Origin: Macrostomum lignano
Lineage: Eukaryota
Assembly: GCA_002269645.1 (NCBI GenBank)
Contig: NIVC01001410.1
Location: 1 to 64,000, forward strand
DNA length: 64,000 bases
Direction of reading: 5' to 3'
Position numbers and translations under genes: made by a program
Shown here: positions 53,901-64,000 of the stretch, piece after piece
Layout: every line of letters begins with the position of its first letter
Numbering within the stretch: position 1 is the first letter of the stretch
Notes under the pieces: model-generated
Seen by the model: the letters and a program-made list of their open reading frames with translations, nothing else
Database searches by the model: none
What the model was told of the DNA's origin: nothing

Positions 53901-56089
53901 TGCGTGCTTTCAACCAGTTCCGAATAAGAAATTTTATTTTTTTGTACGCATGATCCTTTGATGACGATCAAGTCAGTTAGAAATCAAATGTTTGTGAGAG
54001 AACTTTTATTATTATATATCTATTACATAGTCTTTAAGTTACATCAAAAGTCGCAATTTGTAACAAGAGGACATTTATCTAACTTGATGGGTTTCGACCT
54101 TCGGGCTCCTTGTTAGGGAAGCCTTCGGGCCTCAGGCTCAGAAATAAATCAATTAGAGACCTGGCCCCCCACTCCTGTCAGATGGTCAGCCCCATGGTAG
54201 CTTGATCGTGTGGCGAGCAGTCTAGGTCCTATAGCTAAGAGAGGGACAGCGAGAGACGAGCAGGGAGAATTTTGAAAGTAGAAATTAGCTAATCCGCAGA
54301 TCAACTAACTTGCTGCCACCAGCCCGTGCGCCCTGGCTCACCACACCGGGACTCTCGAAATCGGGCTTCCGACTAGAAGGGGCTTTGCACTTACCTGCCA
54401 ACTAGTGTCTTTTTGCTGTCAATCTCGAAGTCATAGCCGATGATAAGGGACACTGCTGGGACTAGATCGCGTTGGCCATGCAGGTACAGAGGGGACTTGT
54501 GCAGGGGATTCTTGCGGTGGCGAGTCTATGGGGTAGCTACATGTACTATTACATTGCTAAATACGAAGATATGTACTTTTAGCCTTCAACGCGCCAACTA
54601 GCCTCTCATAGCGCTGATGATAGGCTAACTCGAACTTCAGAGACCGCATGATTCATTTACCCGAGCCGCTTGGCTACCCTAGAGTGCACAAAGTACATCT
54701 CTGGCGCCGATTCTGCACTTTTGGCAGTTTTGCTCACTGATTTGTTAGATTGGTCGACTGAGAACTGCCTTGCCATTCGTCCACTGTGACCGGCGCCTAC
54801 TAGCTTAGCTACTCATCTGAGCCATCGGCGAACAAAGAAATAAAACCGACAAAGATAACTGTTAGATTTAACCTTCTCCTTAGTTCACTTCACACTTTTA
54901 TAGATTGAATTGGAGTCTTAGACTACTAGCAGTATTATTGAATGATTCCTGCCTCAGCAACAGCACTACTGAACAAAATGAGCAAAAGTGTGCGCCTAAT
55001 TCAGCTACTGCAACAGGGGACAGAAAAGGGATCACCCAATCAAGCAAGTCTAGGTAGCCTCTCACCCAACCAATCAGAAACTCAACAGCCGGAGACCAGG
55101 TATTCCACAGTGACCGAATCGGCTCGATGCTCTGCAGCTGTAGACTCGGGATGATGCTGTCACAATCTTCGCTGTTAGCTAGCAGGTGATGCTCTTAACT
55201 GGATGTTCGCTGCTGTCGACCGGGGACTCGTCCTTGATGATGATGGGGGAAGTTGCAATCCGGGGATCAAGAAACGACAGTCGTGCTCCGGGAACCAGAA
55301 GTTGCGCGCTGGGCCCGAGCCAAAGTAAGAAGAAGTTGCGTCCGAGCGGGCCAAAAACTCCGGTTTAAATAGCCGCCAACTGGACCGCAGTTTGTTATAA
55401 CGGAACACGTCGATTCTGATTGGCTGAGCCGTTTTGTTAAAATGAGCGCCGAATTTTCTGATTGGCTAAGCTCGTTGCTACCCAGAATCACGTGACCGAG
55501 AGATCCTATCAGTTCCCACAGGGTCGTAAAAAGATGACAGGTGCGGCCATAAATCACTCAAAATCGCAACAAAATGATTTATGACTTTTCGCGTAGGATT
55601 GACAGAAATTAATGAAAAAATATACATTAGAAAGCTCTTATTAAATAGAAAGTGAAGATAATGAAGAGAAATCGCTAATCGCTAATCCCAAGGTACTTTT
55701 AGGGGTAAAACGCATAGCTGTCAAAGCTGTCACACGCTTGAGTGAATCCGAACAATAGGCTCTGACCTCATAAATCTTGATGGCCTGTCAAAATGATGAG
55801 AAAAAAGCTACCGCCCGCATCCTCTCAGACCATCTGGCGCCCGCTTCAACACTGAGTGAGGCGCAGGTGGCTGTCAGATCAGCTTCGAAAGCGATGATTT
55901 ATGACCCAAAAAGCTGCGCCTATGTTATTATGACTACTAGTATGGCCAGACATTATATCTAGTATAGTTTCTATGACAATTTGCAGAAAAAAGATAAAAA
56001 TGCCCACTGCCCACTGTTAGTAGGCAAGTAAGTTTAGAGCCCATGTGCTAGCGCGGGATTTGGGAAAAAGTGCGTCCTCATCAAACTAT

Positions 56090-56415
56090 ATAAGGATTTT
56101 ATGGTGGGGGGGGACAAAGCCAAGGATTCTAAATGTACATAATTTTCTAGAATCGGTGTTTTCAGCGCTCATTTTGGCGCCGCAGGCACTCATTTCAGCG
56201 CCTCAAACACTCGTTTTGGTGCCGCAGGCGCAATCATACAGTTTCTAATCATACAGTTAATTAGAAAGGTAGTATTTTCTTAAAAGTTTAATTACACAGA
56301 ATTTTGTCGCCCTGAAGCAAAATTATTGATTTCCATAACGGGTCACAAGGTTGGGTGGGGGACAAAGAATGGGCATGTCCCCCCAATAGCTTGGGGGGAC
56401 ATTGCCCCCCCAAGC
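56090..56415. mobile_element. Degenerate copy of the hAT MITE at 59162, in inverted orientation
   Basis: TTTATGGTGGGGGGGACAAAGCCAAG...GAATCGGTGTT...GCGCCGCAGGCACTCATTT...CCATAACGGG aligns to the reverse complement of 59230-59440; TIRs not seen. Confidence 0.7.
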
Positions 56416-56973
56416 AAGAGAACCTTTTGCTTATTCTACAGTGTGCTAAGTACAACCCTTATTAGCGCATATTCCTTATCAGTAACTTCAAGTGCCATCC
56501 AATACAAGTGCAGTGGTACATTTGCATCGTTTACCGACTTGTCTAATAACGTCTAACGTGTGTATTGCGGCCTTAGTATACGAGAGTCCTCATAAGCCAC
56601 TCATACATACGTACGTACCGGCATTCACAAATCTTAACTTCAAAAAGTAGCAGCTTTCGTTGATGGTCTATTAGAAATAGAATATTTTCCGTTTTCTACC
56701 ACTGACGCATCCTTGACCATTTCAGAAAGTCGACTGCGTCTTGACGTGATAAACAAGTGTCTATGGCTAAAAGACTAATATTTGGCTAAAAGCTAATTTT
56801 CTCCTCATCGTAACTATATAGAGCACAAGAGAAAGCAAATAACCTAAAAAGTAATTCCTCTCCTTCATGCTTTATCACAAACTATAACTTCTGGATTAAG
56901 CAAAAAGATAATAAAGAAGAGATCGAGGATCGAAATCACGCTGTTCGACTGCAAAATATCCCAAAATAGGAGG

Positions 56974-58068
56974 ATGCTACCCTACTGGCACAGCACGTCT
57001 GCTGATCTGTGTCCCATGCAAGAGGTCGAATGTCGGACCGCACCAGCTCGTCAAAACTGCGGTGTTGGTGGCTGCAAAAGCCAACGAATCATGGAGAAAA
57101 ACAGTGAAATTGTCGGAGAACGACAAACGGCGCTTGACTGCCACACGTTCAAATCGTCGGACACTGAAACGAACTGGTACTGGCTTGAAGAAGACCGGCT
57201 TCAGCAGACTCCAGCGGAGCAGCGGCTGCTATATGACCGAGCCATCGACGAAGAGACAACGCGGGCAGCTCAGCTTGAGGCCGCGGAACTCTCAACGTTT
57301 CCTTCTCTGTGCGACTACCTGTCGGTCGACACGGCGGAATGCTGTCAGTTTTCGCCCAGAGATATTCCAGCAGCATTAATTGCCCCGAATGTGTACAATA
57401 GAAAACCACCGCCCTCCCCGGAGCCTGTGGTGCCGGCAACGGCGCTACACTGGCGCGCTCAGCTGTACATGGGTGACTATCGTACAATGTCACTGCCTTC
57501 ACCACCGGCGCTATCAGCTCCAGGACAGCCAGCAACAACCAGTTATTCGGTTAACCGCAGCGAAACAAAACAGGACAAACTGCTCTCTACTCGCGTCACA
57601 GCCGATGCCTCGGTGCAGACGCAGATGAACAACAACAACGTCAGCGGAAAAGGTCAAGGCAACCCCGGTAAGACGGTAGCATCAGGAAGGAGCCTCTCAG
57701 ACATCGAGGCAGCCGTTGAGCGCACCCGGAACAACTCCAATCAGCAGCAGCGGTACGAGATGCGCGGCGGACACGCGGTGGAGATTTGCTCCCGGGTGGA
57801 GTTCCCCGACAAGAAAACACGCGACGTGTCTGTAACCGTGGAGGCAACGCATAGCAACGGTTGCCATCGTGTGATAATGCTCAAGGGTCTGATAGCAAAG
57901 AAACGACCAGATCTTGGACCCAAGGTGAAAGACTGCCGTCTGCGCATGGATCAAATTGTGCTCACGAGGCCCAACACGTCCATTGAGGACTGGCAGAAGT
58001 CCATTACAATGTCATACGACTCAGATTTTCAAGTTGGCATGGGTGAAGATAAGAACAGGGCGCTTTGA
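56974..58068 (+). CDS. Intronless hypothetical protein, 364 aa; C-terminal ~85 aa possibly ubiquitin-like
   Basis: Non-repetitive ATG-to-TGA ORF, more GC-rich than its flanks. The C-terminal pattern VSVTVEA...VIMLKGLIAKK...DCRL...IVL...TSIEDW recalls a beta-grasp fold (weak, by eye). Confidence 0.5.
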   Translation: MLPYWHSTSADLCPMQEVECRTAPARQNCGVGGCKSQRIMEKNSEIVGERQTALDCHTFKSSDTETNWYWLEEDRLQQTPAEQRLLYDRAIDEETTRAAQLEAAELSTFPSLCDYLSVDTAECCQFSPRDIPAALIAPNVYNRKPPPSPEPVVPATALHWRAQLYMGDYRTMSLPSPPALSAPGQPATTSYSVNRSETKQDKLLSTRVTADASVQTQMNNNNVSGKGQGNPGKTVASGRSLSDIEAAVERTRNNSNQQQRYEMRGGHAVEICSRVEFPDKKTRDVSVTVEATHSNGCHRVIMLKGLIAKKRPDLGPKVKDCRLRMDQIVLTRPNTSIEDWQKSITMSYDSDFQVGMGEDKNRAL

Positions 58069-59161
58069 TGAAGAGCTCTACAGATCGTACACGTACATGT
58101 ACGAGATGCCAGAGTGCCCGCGGGGTTGGCGAATTTCAACTGGCCTCCCTATAAAAGAGCACGCACTCAATTTTTGACACAGCAACCTTAATCTTTATGT
58201 TGGTTCCTCACCATTTTCATTAGTCGAATGCGACTATTTTCAATCAAAAACTTGGACAAAACCGCGCTTACTATGTACGTACTTTACTAACTGGTTAATC
58301 AACAAACAGTTGAAACTGAAACGAGCAAACGCAAACGAGTCTCGCTCTCACAACCTTACAATTATACAAAAACGAAGATTTTCAGGTGTCTTGCAGTCGC
58401 TCTGGAATGAATTTGCTCTTTCTTGGTTAAAAAACAAATACATTTGATTTTTTGTGACCGGTACGACAAAAACGTACAGTTGAACAAAAAGTATTCTATC
58501 AGCACATTCTGTAAACTCTTTCTTCTCTAGCGTTAAATTGCGTTCAGCCTCGTATTTTTTATCCAACGAGGAACAACAGCTAAAGCTTTGGCCACACGCT
58601 ATCCATAGCAGCTGAGTGATGTCGATAGGGACTTCTTAACGATAAGTATTTGACATCAAAGCAAGGACGGCAACGCAGCTATACTATAAAGGCTTATTAT
58701 GCATTTTGATTGCCCTATGGTTCATGCCAAGTCATCAATCTACTGAAGCATATACATTAGCATATAAGCATATAAGTAGTTACAAATAAATAAAATATTA
58801 GTTTTGAAAAGTTGACACGGCGAGATCTCTGTAAATAAAAGCTAAAAATATGATCCATGAAATCTGCACCCACGACTGAATCAAGTCAGGATAAGCTTTT
58901 CTTTCAAAAAAGTGACTTGCCTATCTATCGTTAGTGAATTTTATTGTCGTAAACAGGCCTAAATCACCAGTAGCTTCCACAACTGAGCGGTCTCTACATA
59001 TAATTATAGGCCCATGGCTTTGGTGTTCTTACTGCATGTGTATTTCTCAGAATAATAACTCTCTACTGCAATTTCTTTACTCCTCAAGCATCTCAATCAA
59101 TCTGCATCCTCAGACGTTACCGAGAATACCGGTCTACAGCCTCCCATGGTGCACTTGATGC

Positions 59162-59459
59162 CAGGGCCGTCGCCACCGAGGAAGGGGACAGGGGGGACAT
59201 GTCTCCCCAAGTAAAATCTATGGGGACATGCCAATGCTTTGTACCCCCCACCCCACCTTGTTACCCGTTATGGATACCAATAACTTTGGTTCAGGGCAAC
59301 AAAATATAGCTCCTGCGGCGCTAAAATGAGTGCCTGCGGCGCTAAAATGAGTGCTGACAACACCGATTCTGAAAGTATATGTAATATACGAATTTAGTCA
59401 TGTACATATAAAATTCTTGGCTTTGTCCCCCCACCATAAAGTTCATGGCGACGCCCCTG
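59162..59459. mobile_element. hAT-type MITE, 298 bp, with 14-bp TIRs and an 8-bp TSD
   Basis: TIRs CAGGGCCGTCGCCA / TGGCGACGCCCCTG (one mismatch); TSD CTTGATGC at 59154-59161 and 59460-59467. Confidence 0.92.
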
Positions 59460-59994
59460 CTTGATGCTGTACAAGTATATATATATATACGTTTATAGCA
59501 TGCATTCAATACTGTATCTGTTTACCTCTCTAGGATCAGCTACTTCGTTTCTGACTTATTCGCTTGAAGTTACTTCTCAGTACTCTACTTATTAGTAGTA
59601 CATGCGGTATATGCAATCTTACACTTCACTCTTTTTAAAAGAATTACGAGTAAGTCTTGAATAATATTCTAATGTAAATTCTAATGTAGAACCACGATTT
59701 GTTTATTTAATGGATCGAAGATCGAAAATGAGCACGAGACGTCCGTCACGGTCTCCTAATTCAAAATTGGCTGCTTTATATACGAGTACTGTATTTAATA
59801 ATGGTTGTTTAAATAAGTTTCGAGATTCAGTTTTTTGCTCCAAACATTAAAACAAAATAATTATATTAAATTTTGCGCTGATTCAAGTTACACAAAAGGT
59901 ATTTAAAAGGCTATTTTAACAGATAAACTGAATTTTATGCACTTGAGTGGCTATGTTGAACTTGAGTTGGATATTGGGCTTCAGCTCGGGTTCG

Positions 59995-60112
59995 CTTATA
60001 GGGCCGCTGTACACTCCTGTGTGAGTCTGTGCGGAGTCGCTTTCACAAGACCGAAATTTCATAAGACCTAAAGTTCACCTAAAGTGCGCCAGGGTGCGCA
60101 CAGCCTCCTGAC
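59995..60112 (+). repeat. Dispersed repeat module shared with 12515-12680 and 8640-8665
   Basis: GGGCCGCTGTACACTCCTGTGTGAG...AAGTGCGCCAGGGTGC. Confidence 0.65.
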
Positions 60113-60346
60113 ACAAATAAAAAAAACTGAGTTAGAATAGGAATGTTAATATGATGAAAATGAAATATACGTGAGCAACAGTCAAAAGTTCCACCCACCA
60201 AGCAAGCATATTTTTTGACCTTGTATCGTGAATTTTAAATGAGAAGATTTCTCTCTAACTAAGCATGATTTGTACAGGTGCAATTTTCTACTATTGCGGA
60301 GTATATTTTGACAGCAGTAACAACACACAGAAGCCAAATGGACTTC

Positions 60347-61621
60347 TTACAGCAACAGAAGGCGAATGCTCTTTAACGACAGGTAATTGTTTGCTTCAGC
60401 GCCTTTCCACACCATAAAGTCAGCTCCAATTACTTCCGAGAATGAAAATCTTCCGTTAGGATTCACGCCATGACAGTTGTTATACCACCAGCCGCCATAA
60501 CCGTATGATTTCGAGCAGGAGCCACTGAGAAGGTCATTGTCGCGGTCGAATGTAGAGAACTGCATGCCTTTGTGATAAGCGAATGATTCGACAGTCATGT
60601 TGGAGCTGCTAATCAGGTACGAGCCGAACGTCATAGTGTATTTTGTGCTGGCGTCACCCACGGTGAAGCCGGAGTACTCAGCCACGTACAGGACATTCGA
60701 CCAGGTGACGGCCTCGACTCTCAGCAGCTTCGGGGCGCTGCCAGTCAACCGGTTGATGGTTCGAAGACCTGCGAATATTGAGTTCAAATACAAAATTTAG
60801 CCTTACATACTTCAGCATAATCCTGACTGGACCCTGGTTCAGTACACCTACCAAGCCAGAAGTCGGTGCCGTCTCCAAAGCCGGTCTCATACTCAGTCCA
60901 GCATCTGGCAAAGCTTAGCCTTCCAACCAGTCGCTGCTGAATCACAGTGAATGTCCTGCCTTCAACCTGCACTGCCGGCTCTGAAACAGCAAAATTGAAT
61001 TTGCACCGGTGTAAAAGGTCTTGCAAATCAAAATACAACACATAGCAGCTCCTTACGGGATCGAAGCAGTTGCCTCCGATAGACGGGTTTGCCAGGTGCA
61101 GCGGCGGAGAGGTCGGCGCCCCAGACCGCGGACAGCAGGCAGAGCTTCGTCTCCGACAGGAAGGCGGTGGCCGCGCATTCGCAAGGAGAGACGGTGGCGC
61201 ACTTTGCGGCGCACTCGATGCCGCTTTCGCAAGCAGATGACGTCATCACAGCGGCTTCGGTTGGAGTGGTTACGGCATTGACAAACTTGACAGCTGCAAG
61301 GTTATTCAGAAGTGTAAAACGTTTGATGTAATCAATCTGCTACGGCCAACAGGGGACAAAGTAGCTTCAATGCGCGGCCGGTACTAATCTGGGCTCGCAA
61401 AATTCTCAAAATTTCACGGTATGACTGGGCAAACATCAAGGTCTTTGGTAAAAGTCCTTTCTAAAATACCAAATGACTAAATAACTTTTCCATGGAACAC
61501 TGGATCATGGATAGTGTTCGGTGTGGACTGTGTTTGGGCAGGACTTACTCGTACCAGCGTCCGTCGCGACAATCTCGGTCGCAATAATAAAAACGAGAAC
61601 GAAAAACTTAGCGATGGCCAT
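60347..61621 (-). CDS. PAN/apple + fibrinogen-C lectin, paralog 4; exons 61621-61549, 61293-61057, 61019-60852, 60768-60347; 299 aa
   Basis: Signal peptide MAIAKFFVLVFIIATEIVATDAGT with a GTAAGT donor; 237-nt PAN exon; FBG FSTFDRDND and GGWWYNNCHGVNPNG; phase-1 introns; 900 nt in frame. Confidence 0.92.
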
Positions 61622-63549
61622 GAATTGCTTTATCCTGCAATATACTTTTCGCTACCTTGACAAGCAAGCAAGCAAGCTTTTTTCACTTTTGCAATGGTTT
61701 ATAAGACAAGCTCGCAATTCTGCTTGAATATCCTGTAGGCTGCCTCATCTTGGTTGTCAAGGTGACGTTTGCAAATAAGGCAAAGGTGGAAAGTTGAATC
61801 CATGTTTTTACGACTGAGTTGCGAGCCATTGTGTGGAAAACAAATGACGGGGGTGACAATAGAATCAAACATCCACCAGGAGCTTCTTCTCACTTCGCTT
61901 CCTGGGGTTCACTTCGCGTCCTGCGCCCACACTGGCTTCGTAGGCCGCATGCGATCTCGTTCGGTTTTCCTAGCAGCAGAAACAAAGGAAACAGATAAAC
62001 AGAGAACCTCAACAACCTCACAGATGCACCGGAGATTCACGTATGTAGTTAGAGCTGAGAAAGAGAAACTATCGATAAAATCCTTTTTTAGAAACGCTTG
62101 CCGAAAGTTAAGCCAATCTGTTGCATTGGTAAAGCATGCATTGGTAATGCACTGGTAATGCATTCGTAAAGCATGCGTTGTTAAAGCTAAACGTAGAAGC
62201 ACCCGTGTTTTTAAGGCTCTTCATTACTTTTTTGAATAGTCAACTGATATTTTTCTTGCTTATTAAGCATTGATCTAAGAATTCTAAATAGGGCTTAAAA
62301 AATTCTAGAAGACTGATGGTCACGCCTCAATCTCAGTTATGCTGGCTTGCCCGTGTTTTACGCTGGTATGTATGTCCACTTGCATTATATCATACGTTTG
62401 TTGTATTTTCCGCAGACAGGTGATCGGGGTTCGGTCGGGTACGGGAGTGCCCAGAGCTTGCTGGGTATGAAAGGGTGGAAAGAGGCGAGCCCCGAGGCGT
62501 ACAGACACTTTGGGGCTGAATTGGAAGTGGAGGGGCTGGGGGCGCGTACAGACACTCGTCCAGCCAGACACTCGTCCGGCAAAAGGGAGGTGCCGGTGAG
62601 AGGCTGTGATCAGGTAGCCACTCAGCAGCAGCAGAGGTGAGCACGGCCGTCTGGAGGCGTACGGATCCACTACGCAGACCCCAATAAAGACTGTGACGAG
62701 AGAAGAGATCTCGGAAGATGGCAATAAATGAAGGGTAACACTATCTTACCGGGAGGGATCACTTGCTGCGCTCATGTAGGCTAGCTAGTGGTAGATGGAT
62801 TAGGGAGGGCTAGAGCCGGGCGAGGGCCGTGCGCGCACACATTAAAACAGGGTGAGAGCAGGGGCTGGGTGGGGCTAAGCCAAGCAGGGCTGGGGGTGGG
62901 GGCAAAAAAACACACAGAGTTGAAGGGCGAGAGAAAGGAGGGGGGAGGCTAGCCAATCAGGTGCTTCCACGGAGAGAGACATGATTGGACTGGCCCAAAC
63001 GAAAGACGAAAAGACGCCAGCCAATGAAAATGAAAACAAGAAAAATAAAACGAAGAACGGAATCTCAAGACGGAGGGGGGAGGCAGACCAGAATGAACCA
63101 GCGGTAGAGAGAGAGGAGAGGCGGAGAGCGGGAGAGGTCGGGGCAAGGGCATTGTGAGGCGCAGCTCACGACACGTTTCTGACGGCTAATGGTATGCTAC
63201 GCTTACCGTGGCGAATCAAGACTCGTGGAGGGTTAAAAGCTCGAAATTTTCACGACGTCGAAAACTTAATATATACTTAGCAGTAGCAACATTGAAAATT
63301 CGCCACTATTTGCCCCAGTGAGCAGTGTCTTTGTTTATAGAGTTAGCCGCGCGCTAGCGTATCATTAACTTTAGCTTTGACTAGGCCTAATAAATCTTTT
63401 CTGATAGGACGAGTATGTGGCATTTTTTTTGAAATCTGAAAGAATCAATAAGATTCAAATATGAGATTAATATGACATGGGGGAAAGAAAACTCTATAAA
63501 CAGCATTTCATTGAACACAGCTACATGTAAAAGATCCGTTTGAACATTA

Positions 63550-64000
63550 GTAGCAATCTTGCCCCCCCCCCCTTCCGGGCGGCCAATTAGCAAGAGACGA
63601 AAATTATTGTGTATCCCCGTTGTAAGCCTTGACATCTTAGCAATTCCCTCAAGTCTTGAAATCTCAGAAATTCCCCGTTGTAAGCCTTGACATCTTAGCA
63701 ATTCCCTCAAGTCTTGAAATCTCAGCAATTCCCGTTGTAAGCCTTGACATCTTAGCAATTCCCTCAAGTCTTGAAATCTTAGAAATTCCCCGTTGTAAGC
63801 CTTGACATCTTAGCAATTCCCTCAAGTCTTGAAATCTCAGAAATTCCCCGTTGTAAGCCTTGACATCTTAGCAATTCCCTCAAGTCTTGAAATCTCAGAA
63901 ATTCCCCGTTGTAAGCCTTGACATCTTAGCAATTCCCCGTTGTAAGCCTTGACATCTTAGCAATTCCCTCAAGTCTTGAAATCTCAGAAATTCCCCGTTG
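63550..64000 (-). mobile_element. 3' end of a third Helitron-like element of the same family, with an internal ~58-bp tandem repeat (63612-64000)
   Basis: Reverse complement CTCTTGCTAATTGGCCGCCCGGAAGGGG...CAAGATTGCTAC|T matches 24665-24710; the GTAAGCCTTGACAT repeat matches the ATGTCAAGGCTTAC repeats at 23540-24480. Confidence 0.65.

Noticed and set aside
62700-63200. Purine-rich region with CCAAT boxes as a promoter or LTR
   Set aside because: No paired LTR, primer-binding site or linked gene could be identified in the window.

Overview
Eukaryotic (metazoan) genomic DNA. TTAGGG repeats, minisatellite-filled introns and GC-rich poly-Q/G/A exons suggest a Macrostomum-like flatworm (inference). 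Genes reconstructed by hand from splice signals and reading phase: (1) the 3' half of a liprin-alpha gene (three SAM domains, + strand); (2) four paralogous secreted PAN/apple + fibrinogen-C lectin genes (- strand; three clustered at 9-15 kb, one at 60-61.6 kb), one of which is a clear mosaic of two others; (3) a multi-exon tyrosine-recombinase gene at about 17-33.7 kb that the ORF track misses, with coding minisatellites at both ends and a 9.7-kb intron made of a head-to-tail dimer of satellite-filled Helitron-like elements; (4) a MyTH4-FERM gene with no motor domain visible; (5) an intronless 364-aa orphan ORF. The rest is Penelope-like retroelement remnants, hAT and Tc1/mariner MITEs, SINE-like repeats and many tandem repeats. 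Most long ORFs in the track are repeat artefacts. Several genes carry single-base frameshifts at homopolymers, probably long-read consensus errors. No rRNA, intact tRNA or CRISPR array is supported. All homology calls are from recalled motifs; no database search was run.
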